Below, in pieces: positions 21,200 to 30,283 of a DNA stretch of 64,000 nt. Made by a program: the position numbers and the translations under genes. This stretch comes from Spirochaetia bacterium (GTDB lineage: Bacteria > Spirochaetota > Spirochaetia > WTKD01 > G963693115), in assembly GCA_965226055.1 (NCBI GenBank), contig CBDDCA010000006.1, positions 768,001-832,000 on the forward strand, read 5' to 3'. How positions within the stretch are numbered: position 1 is the first letter of the stretch; every line of letters starts with the position of its first letter. The notes under the pieces are model-generated. The model saw nothing but the letters and a program-made list of their open reading frames with translations. It was not told the DNA's origin and made no database searches.

Positions 21200-22018
21200 A
21201 TGGTACACAAAATAAAATACATTGTAGTAGTATGCCTATCATTGCTGTTGTATGCACCACTGTATGGTCAAAATACGGTTACTGAAGGTATAAACAAGCA
21301 AGTAGCACAAAATGCTAAAACGATATATGAGGATGAATCGTTGCGGGTTTTGTTAGGATTAGGATATAAGTATGTACATTGGTCGTACCGTCTTCAACGT
21401 TCGGCACAAGCTAGTTCATCTTCGGGTTCAACAGACTCTGTGTATCAATCTTCGTATTATAAATCTTTATCTCTTAATACCGCTGTAATGATAGAGCCTC
21501 CTATAGAATGGAGTAATATACATTTACTTGTTCTTATGGATATATATTTTCCTTTATCGACAGAAGGAGTAGTGTCCCCTGTAGTGAATGATAGTGAAGT
21601 AAAAATTGTTACATCAAAAGTGGATTATTTAGTAAACGATACTGAAGCACAAACTTTGAAAGGGCTTGGTTTTGAATGGTTATTTGGAATAACACAGACT
21701 ATTCCACAAGATTCTATGATATTTATAGTTGGTGGAGGGTTTGCAACCAATGTATTTGTTGAAAACCCTAGTAGCACTAATCCAAGAGGGACATGGGGGC
21801 TTGGGGTAGGACTACAGGCTTCGATACAGTTTCGGTTTATGCGTTATTTTGGCTTACAAGTAGGAGTGAAAGGGACATATTATCCTATTACTTTTATAGA
21901 TGGCCATACTATTGTATCATCAGCCAGTGATGATCCTTCAAATAAGGTAAAGTATGAAATAAAAACAACAAGTTTTATAAACTCAGGGATTGATGTATTG
22001 ACGATATGGTATTTTTAG
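21200..22018 (+). CDS. Putative outer membrane beta-barrel protein
   Basis: Signal peptide, amphipathic strands (WGLGVGLQASIQFRF, FGLQVGVKGTYYP), C-terminal aromatic residue (WYF). SD AAGGAG/GAGG. Confidence 0.7.
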   Translation: MVHKIKYIVVVCLSLLLYAPLYGQNTVTEGINKQVAQNAKTIYEDESLRVLLGLGYKYVHWSYRLQRSAQASSSSGSTDSVYQSSYYKSLSLNTAVMIEPPIEWSNIHLLVLMDIYFPLSTEGVVSPVVNDSEVKIVTSKVDYLVNDTEAQTLKGLGFEWLFGITQTIPQDSMIFIVGGGFATNVFVENPSSTNPRGTWGLGVGLQASIQFRFMRYFGLQVGVKGTYYPITFIDGHTIVSSASDDPSNKVKYEIKTTSFINSGIDVLTIWYF

Positions 22019-22052
22019 TGGAAAATGGAGCGTTACCATAAGAAAGGAAAGT

Positions 22053-22766
22053 ATGTATAAATATATTGATATGTCATTGAGACAATATGTTGCTCCTTGT
22101 GCAGATGCATTTTATGTGTATATATTTAGTAATACACAAGAGGAGCAATTTGTACATTCGTTGAGAAATTTACTGAGCTGTTTTAATGGTGATACATTAT
22201 GTGAACAAAAAGTGTTACGCAAAACAGATATATTACGAGAATATTTATTTGAAGATGCTTCAAGTCTCGCTTCGTTTGATCCTGCTGCTACTTCGTTACA
22301 AGAAGTACTCTTGTGTTATCCTGCTATGTACGCTATCGCTATTTTTCGTATGGCACATATATTATATACACTTAATGAACCGTTAGTAGCAAGAATGCTC
22401 ACTGAACATGCACATAGTAAAACAGCCATTGATATACATCCTGGAGCAACAATAGGAAGACGGTTTTTTCTTGACCATGGTACTGGGGTGGTTATTGGTG
22501 AAAGCACTGTTATAAAAGATAATGTCAGTTTGTATCAGGGGGTTACTCTTGGAGCAAAACGAGTGGAAAAGGCATTAAAAGGAGTAAAAAGGCATCCGAC
22601 AGTAGAAGAGAATGTTATTATTTATTCAAATGCTACCATTTTAGGCGGAGATACTGTCATTGGAAAAGATAGTATTATAAATGGTAATGTGTTTCTTACA
22701 GAATCTGTTCCTCCTAATTCTATAGTGTATGCTTTGCATGATATTAAAATAAAAAATAAAGGGTAG
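22053..22766 (+). CDS. cysE: Serine O-acetyltransferase
   Basis: DPAA, YP, IDIHPGATIG, FFLDHGTGVVIGE, YQGVTLG, KRHPT hexapeptide acetyltransferase motifs. Confidence 0.93.
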   Translation: MYKYIDMSLRQYVAPCADAFYVYIFSNTQEEQFVHSLRNLLSCFNGDTLCEQKVLRKTDILREYLFEDASSLASFDPAATSLQEVLLCYPAMYAIAIFRMAHILYTLNEPLVARMLTEHAHSKTAIDIHPGATIGRRFFLDHGTGVVIGESTVIKDNVSLYQGVTLGAKRVEKALKGVKRHPTVEENVIIYSNATILGGDTVIGKDSIINGNVFLTESVPPNSIVYALHDIKIKNKG

Positions 22767-22768
22767 TT

Positions 22769-23449
22769 ATGGCGTATCTTTTAGTAGTAGAGGATGATAC
22801 ACAAATTCTTAGTTTTGTAGTAAAAGGGTTTGAGCAGCTTGGATATTCTGTTGAGCAAGCAAGCAATGCCTTTGATGCCAATAGATATATTGAAACAACC
22901 GATATTGAAATTGCCATTGTCGATATTATGCTTGAGGGGGCTATAAATGGCATAGAGATGGTGAAGGCATGGAGAAAAAAAGGAGTGAATATACCAGTGC
23001 TATTTCTTAGTGCTCGTGATAGGGTTGAAGATAGAATAGATGGGTTTAATGCTGGTGCTGATGATTATGTATGCAAGCCTTTTTCTTTTTCTGAGCTTTC
23101 TGTACGTGTACAAAGCCTTTTACGCAGAGCAGGAAAAGGAAATGTGGATAATATTTTATTGTATGAAGATTTACAGCTTAATTTGCTTAAACGAACGGTT
23201 ATACGCGGAGAAAAAGAGATTGAACTGCAACGAAGAGAATTTATGCTGTTGCAGTATTTTATGGAGCATGCTGAACTTGTACTTGGAAAGAATATGATTT
23301 TGGAGAGAATTTGGGGATATGATTTTGATCCTCGGACAAATGTTGTTGATGTATTAGTGTCTCGTTTAAGGGCAAAAATAGATAAAGGATTTAAGAATTC
23401 GCTTATTCATACAAATAGAGGAGTAGGCTATGTTCTTAAAAAAAATTAA
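22769..23449 (+). CDS. OmpR-family response regulator (CusR/CopR-like)
   Basis: VVEDD, DIML (phospho-Asp), FLSARD, GADDYVCKPF, winged helix TNVVDVLVSRLRAKID..RGVGY. Confidence 0.95.
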   Translation: MAYLLVVEDDTQILSFVVKGFEQLGYSVEQASNAFDANRYIETTDIEIAIVDIMLEGAINGIEMVKAWRKKGVNIPVLFLSARDRVEDRIDGFNAGADDYVCKPFSFSELSVRVQSLLRRAGKGNVDNILLYEDLQLNLLKRTVIRGEKEIELQRREFMLLQYFMEHAELVLGKNMILERIWGYDFDPRTNVVDVLVSRLRAKIDKGFKNSLIHTNRGVGYVLKKN

Positions 23450-24860
23450 ATTCAACATTTCTTTTTCTTTGGCAACACAGACAACGCTTATTAGTCTGTT
23501 AGGGTTTATTATTATTTTTATTGTTCTTTTTTGTAATATTTATTTGCAATATTTAGATGAAGAAGAAAAACAAGTAAATCAAAAATTGTTAAAATACTGG
23601 ACTCTATTATCTCATCTTTCTAGTGGAGCAAATATGGAAGCAAGAGCTACTATCACTACAATAGGAAATGAATATCAGAGAGATATAGATATTGATACAA
23701 ATGAGTATGCACTCCGTATAGAAAGAGACGATAAGGTGATACTTTTTTTATATCCACAGCTATGGAAAAATCAAGATATTACAGAAATTGATTTTTCTCG
23801 AAATTTTTCTCTTAATGCTAGAAATGTACTAGAAATTATTCAAGATGGAAACATAAACCGAACACAATTCATGTTATATGAGGTACAACAGGCAGAATAT
23901 AATATACAGATAATCGTATCTGCTTTAGAGAGAAATATATTTCTTGGGCGTATTTTACAAAGCTCTATTGGGGGGTTATTAGTAATTATTATTATAGGAT
24001 ATGTTGTTTCACGAATTATGATTGCTCGTGCATTGCGTCCACTGCAAAGAATCAATGAGTTTGCAGAAAAAATTATTTTAGAACAGAATATAGATCAACG
24101 GATTCCTATTGATACAGGAGGGGAGTTTACTCGTGTGCAACAAAATATCAATAAGATGCTTGATGTCATTGAACGTCAAGTAAACAGTTTACGTTCTTCT
24201 GCTATTAGTTTAGGACATGATATAAGAACTCCATTAACACGAATCTTAAATTATTTAGAAGATTCTCTTCTTGTGGGGCAAAATAGTCCCGATAAAACGA
24301 AAAGAATACAAGATAGTATTCAATCTATTAGAAATATACAGAATATAGCACGAAAAGTATTGGATCTTTCTGAGATAGAAGCAGGAGGAAACAAAATTCC
24401 TCGTAAGAAAGTGCATCTTGCTGCTGCACTTGAAAGTATAGTCGATATGTATGGTTTGATGGCAGAAGAAAAAGCAGTGACCTTTCATTATGATATAGAT
24501 ACGAGGTGCTATGTACTTATTGAAGAGGTACGAATACGTCAATTAGTAGGAAACTTGCTTGACAATGCTATTAAGTGTACAGTACAAGGGCAATCTATTG
24601 GACTATATGTATATCAAACAGATAGCTCTGTTGTTATAGTTGTAAACGATACTGGTTATGGTATAAGTGCAGGTGATATTCCTCATATCTGGGAGAGTAC
24701 ATGGAAAAAGCGGTATGGTGATAGCAATAGAACGCATCAAGGGGGAGGATTTGGCTTAAGTATAGTAAAGGGCATTGTGAATGCGTATAATGGCGAAATA
24801 TCTGTTCGTTCTAATGTAGGCAAAGGAACTATATTTACAGTGGTATTTCCTTCTATATAA
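23430..24860 (+). CDS. Sensor histidine kinase (2 TM, HAMP, HisKA, HATPase)
   Basis: HDIRTPL H-box, NLLDNAIK, DTGYGI, GGFGLSIV. Confidence 0.95.
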   Translation: MFLKKIKFNISFSLATQTTLISLLGFIIIFIVLFCNIYLQYLDEEEKQVNQKLLKYWTLLSHLSSGANMEARATITTIGNEYQRDIDIDTNEYALRIERDDKVILFLYPQLWKNQDITEIDFSRNFSLNARNVLEIIQDGNINRTQFMLYEVQQAEYNIQIIVSALERNIFLGRILQSSIGGLLVIIIIGYVVSRIMIARALRPLQRINEFAEKIILEQNIDQRIPIDTGGEFTRVQQNINKMLDVIERQVNSLRSSAISLGHDIRTPLTRILNYLEDSLLVGQNSPDKTKRIQDSIQSIRNIQNIARKVLDLSEIEAGGNKIPRKKVHLAAALESIVDMYGLMAEEKAVTFHYDIDTRCYVLIEEVRIRQLVGNLLDNAIKCTVQGQSIGLYVYQTDSSVVIVVNDTGYGISAGDIPHIWESTWKKRYGDSNRTHQGGGFGLSIVKGIVNAYNGEISVRSNVGKGTIFTVVFPSI

Positions 24861-24908
24861 TGGGTATGCTGTGTATAAGCCAATGGGAGAGATACTAACG
24901 TTTGTTAT

Positions 24909-24924
24909 ATTACAAAATTGTAAT
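24909..24924. promoter_or_regulatory. Palindromic candidate response-regulator box upstream of degP
   Basis: ATTACA-AAAT-TGTAAT inverted repeat, about 85 nt upstream of the degP ATG. Resembles CusR/CopR-type boxes. Confidence 0.55.
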
Positions 24925-25009
24925 GATAAAGATATTATTATGTAATATGAGTTTGATATAGTATATATAAAGAGAAATTAAAATATTATAACATTAAGGA
25001 GAATAAATA

Positions 25010-26407
25010 ATGAAAAAGATAATCAAAATACTTTCTCTTAGTATTTTAGTAATATACATTGCAGTTCCTTCTGTATTTTCTCAAAGCAATCTATTACAAG
25101 CATTGCAAAAGGATACTCGTAATATCGCAGATACTGTGTTACCGTCTGTAGTAAAAATAGATGTATCAAGTACGGTGGAGGTAAGCAATAGAGAAAACTT
25201 TTTTTTCTTTTTTGATAACCCGTTTAATGGTCAAGATGATGAGGATAATAATGTACCAAAACGAGAATATAGTCAACAAGGATTAGGATCAGGCATTATT
25301 GTTCGTAAGGGAAATTCTAATACATATTATGTGCTTACAAATGAACATGTTATCAATAATGCTGATGAAGTATTAGTTTCTACCTATGATGGAGAACAAT
25401 ATTCTGCTCAATTAGTTGGAGTAGATGTAGGGCGTGATTTAGCTATTATTTCTTTTGAATCTAAAAAAGATCATACTGTTGCTAAATTAGGAGATTCTGA
25501 TTCACTCAATCCTGGTGATATAGTATTTGCTATTGGTAATCCCTATGATTTTCAATTTTCAATAACATTTGGAATTATTAGTGCTCTCAATCGTGAAAGT
25601 CGTGGAAGAAAAGATTCGGGAAATCTTAATAATTATATACAGACTGATGCTGCTGTCAATAGAGGTAACAGTGGCGGTCCATTAGTAAATATCAATGGGG
25701 AAGTTATTGGTATAAACACATGGATTTACTCTGAGAGTGGTGGAGGAAATGAAGGGCTAAGTTTTGCTGTGCCTATCAATAATGCTATTCTCTCTATTGA
25801 TTCGGTTATTGAAAAAGGAAAAGTAGAATATGGGTGGTTAGGGGTAAATATCAGTGATGTGGTATTTCGACAAATGTCTTCTTTAGGACAAAAGGAAGGG
25901 GCTTTTGTTGTTGGAGTGTACCCAAACTCACCAGCAGATAAAGCAGGAGTGCGTCCTGGTGATATTATTTATGCTGTTGATAATAAGAGTATTAAAGATA
26001 CAGGAGAGCTTATTACAGGAATATCATCTTTGCCTCCTAACAAAAAAGTAACAGTAGACTTGTATCGGAGTAATGTTTCTCTTTCTCTTTCTATACGTTT
26101 AGGTGATAGAGAAGAGGCTACCTCTGAAGAAGCAGAAGTATGGCCTGGGTTTAAGATATCTGAAATTACTGAGGGGGTAAAAGATAGAATACAAGTATCT
26201 GAGGGAGTCATCATTACATTTGTATATCCTGAAAGTATTGCTCAAACTGCAGGGTTGCGTGCAGGAGATGTCATTGAAAAAATTAATAATGTAAAAATAA
26301 GAAACTTAAAGGATTTTTATTCTAACTTAAATCTTGCAAGTAAAAATGAGGTGTTGTTTCGTCTTAAACGAGAAGGGGCTTCTCTCACTATTGGTTTAGA
26401 AAAATAG
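25010..26407 (+). CDS. degP: Do/DegP (HtrA) family serine protease with two PDZ domains
   Basis: GLGSG, LTNEHV, DLAI, IQTDAAVNRGNSGGPL, two PDZ domains, signal peptide. Confidence 0.95.
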   Translation: MKKIIKILSLSILVIYIAVPSVFSQSNLLQALQKDTRNIADTVLPSVVKIDVSSTVEVSNRENFFFFFDNPFNGQDDEDNNVPKREYSQQGLGSGIIVRKGNSNTYYVLTNEHVINNADEVLVSTYDGEQYSAQLVGVDVGRDLAIISFESKKDHTVAKLGDSDSLNPGDIVFAIGNPYDFQFSITFGIISALNRESRGRKDSGNLNNYIQTDAAVNRGNSGGPLVNINGEVIGINTWIYSESGGGNEGLSFAVPINNAILSIDSVIEKGKVEYGWLGVNISDVVFRQMSSLGQKEGAFVVGVYPNSPADKAGVRPGDIIYAVDNKSIKDTGELITGISSLPPNKKVTVDLYRSNVSLSLSIRLGDREEATSEEAEVWPGFKISEITEGVKDRIQVSEGVIITFVYPESIAQTAGLRAGDVIEKINNVKIRNLKDFYSNLNLASKNEVLFRLKREGASLTIGLEK

Positions 26408-26433
26408 TCATAATATCCTCCTATATAATTTTT

Positions 26434-26458
26434 GCGGTGTGTAAACACCGCTTTTTTT
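26434..26458 (+). terminator. Rho-independent terminator after degP
   Basis: GCGGTGT-gtaa-ACACCGC followed by T7. Confidence 0.88.
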
Positions 26459-26475
26459 ATATAATAGGCAAGTGT

Positions 26476-27444
26476 TTATGTTTTGTTTTGTGAAAGAAGC
26501 CATTGTTCAGCATCTAATGCTGCCATACATCCGCTCCCAGCTGAGGTGATTGCTTGTCGGTAATGGGGATCTTGTACATCTCCGCATGCAAATACTCCTT
26601 CAACTGAGCTTTTTGTGGTGCCAGGCTGAGTTATAATATATCCTGCATTGTCAAGATCAACTTGTCCTTCAAGAAGTGTGGTATTAGGAGTATGACCAAT
26701 AGCGTAAAATAGTCCGTTTACTGCTAGCTCTGATGTATTGCCTTTGTGAGTAATTATTACCGATTTTAGTACTCCTTGTAATCCTTCGCTTCCTTTTGCT
26801 TCTTGTACTTCGGTTTCCCAAAGTACTTCTATTTTTGGGTGTTGTAGTACTCTCTCTTGCATTGCTTTTGATGCACGTAATTCGTTACGACGAACTGCTA
26901 AGTACACTTTACTTCCAAATTTTGTAAGAAAAGTTGCTTCTTCACATGCAGAGTCTCCGCCTCCTATGACAATAAGCGGCTTGTCCCTAAAAATAGGAAG
27001 CGCTCCATCACATACGGCACAAGCAGAAATTCCTTTGTCCCAATAGGTTTTCTCTCCTTTTATTTCGAGTCGCTTTGCTATGGCTCCTGTGGCAAAGATA
27101 AGCGCATGTGTTGAAAGAGTAGTGGTGCTAGAACGAACAATAAAAGGAGATTGTTGTAGCTCTACAGATTCCACTGTTTCGGTAAGAATAGTAGTGCCAA
27201 AACGTAATGATTGTTTTCGCATGTTTTCCATAAGATCAGGGCCAGAAATTCCATCTGGAAATCCAGGAAAATTTTCTACTTCTGATGTAATGGTGAGCTG
27301 TCCTCCTGCTGCAATACCACCAGCTAACCAACCTTCAAACATTACGGGCTGTAAAAATCCACGTGATGCATATATTGCAGCGGTATGGCCTGCAGGACCG
27401 CTGCCAATAATAACTATGTTCTGAGTAGTTTGTTGTAAATTCAT
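26476..27444 (-). CDS. trxB: Thioredoxin-disulfide reductase
   Basis: IGSGPAG, VENFPGF, CAVCD redox motif, [20 protein letters not shown]. Confidence 0.97.
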   Translation of the reverse strand: MNLQQTTQNIVIIGSGPAGHTAAIYASRGFLQPVMFEGWLAGGIAAGGQLTITSEVENFPGFPDGISGPDLMENMRKQSLRFGTTILTETVESVELQQSPFIVRSSTTTLSTHALIFATGAIAKRLEIKGEKTYWDKGISACAVCDGALPIFRDKPLIVIGGGDSACEEATFLTKFGSKVYLAVRRNELRASKAMQERVLQHPKIEVLWETEVQEAKGSEGLQGVLKSVIITHKGNTSELAVNGLFYAIGHTPNTTLLEGQVDLDNAGYIITQPGTTKSSVEGVFACGDVQDPHYRQAITSAGSGCMAALDAEQWLLSQNKT

Positions 27445-27516
27445 AGTTTTATTATGCTATATTTGCCTATTTTTTACAATGATTCTAATTTATTATAGTT
27501 ATAGTACAATGAAAGT

Positions 27517-28002
27517 ATGAAGCTAAAACTTGTTGTATATCCTCATGATGCTCTTCGTAAAAAAGCCGATGTGATACATGATTTTAACGTATCATTAAAG
27601 AGTGGGTTGCATCAAATGGAAAAAATTCTTGATAAGCAAAAAGGGGTGGGGTTAGCTGCACCTCAAGTAGATTGGAATGTCCAGTGTTTTCTTGTAAAGT
27701 ATGAGGATACCGTGCATACATTTATCAATCCTCAGCTATTGCATGTAGGAAAAGAAATGGTGACATATCAAGAGGGGTGTTTAAGTATTCCTGGAGTGTA
27801 CGCAGATGTTACTCGCCCTAAATTGTTACGTATTCGTGCTCAAAATCAACAAGGAGATTTTTTTGAAATTGAATCTGATACGTTTTTTGCTCGCATTATT
27901 TTCCATGAATATGATCATTTACAGGGAATATTGTTTGTAGATCATTTGCCTAAAAATATGTGCTCTCGTATACTGAAAGAGTATCAGTCATTACAAAAAT
28001 AA
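27517..28002 (+). CDS. def: Peptide deformylase
   Basis: GVGLAAPQV, EGCLSIP, HEYDHL. Confidence 0.97.
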   Translation: MKLKLVVYPHDALRKKADVIHDFNVSLKSGLHQMEKILDKQKGVGLAAPQVDWNVQCFLVKYEDTVHTFINPQLLHVGKEMVTYQEGCLSIPGVYADVTRPKLLRIRAQNQQGDFFEIESDTFFARIIFHEYDHLQGILFVDHLPKNMCSRILKEYQSLQK

Positions 28003-28026
28003 ATAATTAAAGAAAATGGGACATGT

Positions 28027-28989
28027 ATGAATATATTATTTGCTGGTTCATCTCAATTCTCTATTCCTTCTTTGGAAGCGTGTATACAGAGTGGTACTGT
28101 TGTGGCAGTGCTTACGCGAGCAGATAAGCCTGCTGGAAGAAAATTGGTTCTCCGTCCTACTCCTGTAAAATTGTATGCACAGGAGAAAGGTATTCCTGTT
28201 ATTGATACTGAAGTGTTACGTGCGGAGTGTCGGGATACGATAGCAAAGTATAGCCCTGATTGTATGATATGTGTAGCGTATGGAAAAATGTTTGGAGAGA
28301 AATTTCTTGCATTGTTTCCTAAAGGTACGGTAAATGTGCATCCTTCGTTATTACCCCGTTATAGAGGAGCTAATCCTATTTTGTCAACACTGCTATCGTA
28401 TGATACTCATACGGGGGTTACGTTACAAAAGATGGTACAGGAGATGGATGCAGGGGATATAGTATTACAAAGTAAACGAAAGATGCTCTCTGAATATGGG
28501 TATGAACAGTTAGAGTCTGTTCTTGCTCATGATGCAGCAGAATTGATTACAAAGCTATTTACGGAGTATGAGCAGTACTATGCAAATGCAGTTCCTCAGG
28601 TGAATGAGCAGGCAGTGTATACATTAAAGTATACTTCTCGGTATGGGTATTTGCTCTGGTGTGAAAGTGCAAAACAAATTGTTCATTTAACGCAAGCATT
28701 TTCTTTTCCGCTCTCGGGAGTAAAAGTGCATTTACATGGAAAGTTGGTAAAAATATGGAAAGCACAGGTAGTTTCAAACGAAATTATAGAAAAAGAAACT
28801 GGGATGCTGAGCAGAGAAAAAGCTATGCCGGGTACTGTGCTTGGTATTCATAGAAAATATGGTATTATAGTAAATACAGTGTGTGACTGTCTTGCAATAG
28901 AAGAATTACAATTAGAGCATAAACGAAAAATGCATTGGAAAGATTTTGTGCAGGGACAGAAACATCTTGTTGGGAGCATATTTCGGTAG
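28027..28989 (+). CDS. fmt: Methionyl-tRNA formyltransferase
   Basis: DKPAGR, VAYG, NVHPSLLPRYRG, MDAGDI. Follows def. Confidence 0.96.
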   Translation: MNILFAGSSQFSIPSLEACIQSGTVVAVLTRADKPAGRKLVLRPTPVKLYAQEKGIPVIDTEVLRAECRDTIAKYSPDCMICVAYGKMFGEKFLALFPKGTVNVHPSLLPRYRGANPILSTLLSYDTHTGVTLQKMVQEMDAGDIVLQSKRKMLSEYGYEQLESVLAHDAAELITKLFTEYEQYYANAVPQVNEQAVYTLKYTSRYGYLLWCESAKQIVHLTQAFSFPLSGVKVHLHGKLVKIWKAQVVSNEIIEKETGMLSREKAMPGTVLGIHRKYGIIVNTVCDCLAIEELQLEHKRKMHWKDFVQGQKHLVGSIFR

Positions 28990-29072
28990 ATTATAGTGTA
29001 ACTGCTGTAATGTAAATTTTAAGAGAAAGTAGCAGAGAATATTATAATACGATAAAATTATAGAGATAAAAA

Positions 29073-30269
29073 ATGGAAGATAAAGATAACAATATAATGT
29101 TTAGCACAAATGTGTATCATACTGAAAATCAACAAGAAAAAAAATTACAAGATACCTTTGTTGTAGAAAAAACTGAGATACATGGGAATGAAAAGAAAAA
29201 ATCATTTATTGTTTCCATGTTCTTATTTTCAATAAAACTGTTACTGTACATGCTTATTATGGTAAGTGCTGCATGGGTAGTATTTCTTATATTTTTTGTA
29301 AGCTCAGAATCGGTGGTAGTACCAGATGTGGTAGGACAAGATTTAGTGGTTGCTATGCTGGAGTTACAGGAAAAAAGATTGAAAACAGAAATAATAGAGT
29401 TAGAATCTGATAATCCTGAAGATAGAGGAAAAGTGCTTTCTCAAGATCCTAAACATGGTATCAATGTAAAGCAGCACAGAACAATCAAGCTCACTATAAG
29501 TAAGGGAGGAATGGTAGAAAGTATTCCTAATTTTGTGGGTATTATGCTTAAAGATATTTATGAGGATTATGATAATACATTTAATGGGCTTGGGAGGTAT
29601 TTTGACATTTATTCAGTGAATAAAGTGTTTGATGAAAGTTTTCCCGGTACTGTGCTTGGGCAAGATCCTCCTTCTAATACTCTTCTTCATTCATCTTTTA
29701 CTGATGTACGGCTTGTTGTAAGTCGTGGTAATAAAGAGGATAAGAATATATTTCCTGATGTATTAGGGTTATCTTTTACAGAAGTATTTTCGTTTATACA
29801 AGAACATTCTCCTCAGTTTGAATTTTATTTTGTTGAAAATGATTCTCTTATTCTTGATAGTGAAAGAGAAAGTGAGCAGTTAGTAGCAGGTACTATTTTA
29901 GATCAAATACCTATTGCAGGAGAGAGTATACATTCAGAATCTTCTTTGTATATAGGGTTACGCAAGAATACAATAACTGTGCAAGAACCGATAGTGCCAA
30001 TAGAAGAATCTAATAGCACTGGTATAGGAGACATAAGTAAGGGATATGATGTAGAGTTGCTTACTATTCCGTTGTCAGAAATAGAACCGAAACACATGAT
30101 AACAATATATGTACAATTTGATAATGGGGGAGAGAAACAAATGTATATTCAGTTTGAATCAACAGGGGGAGAATTACGTATTCCTTATTATGTAATGCCA
30201 GACGCAACATTTTTTGTACATCGATTTGGAAAAGAGGTATGGTCATATACTATAAGAAATAATAAATAG
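29073..30269 (+). CDS. PASTA domain-containing membrane protein
   Basis: One TM, then repeats VPDVVG...VLSQDP, IPNFVG...VLGQDP, FPDVLG...ILDQIP. The def-fmt-PASTA order is typical of spirochaetes. Confidence 0.88.
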   Translation: MEDKDNNIMFSTNVYHTENQQEKKLQDTFVVEKTEIHGNEKKKSFIVSMFLFSIKLLLYMLIMVSAAWVVFLIFFVSSESVVVPDVVGQDLVVAMLELQEKRLKTEIIELESDNPEDRGKVLSQDPKHGINVKQHRTIKLTISKGGMVESIPNFVGIMLKDIYEDYDNTFNGLGRYFDIYSVNKVFDESFPGTVLGQDPPSNTLLHSSFTDVRLVVSRGNKEDKNIFPDVLGLSFTEVFSFIQEHSPQFEFYFVENDSLILDSERESEQLVAGTILDQIPIAGESIHSESSLYIGLRKNTITVQEPIVPIEESNSTGIGDISKGYDVELLTIPLSEIEPKHMITIYVQFDNGGEKQMYIQFESTGGELRIPYYVMPDATFFVHRFGKEVWSYTIRNNK

Positions 30270-30283
30270 ATGGAAGGAATAAT

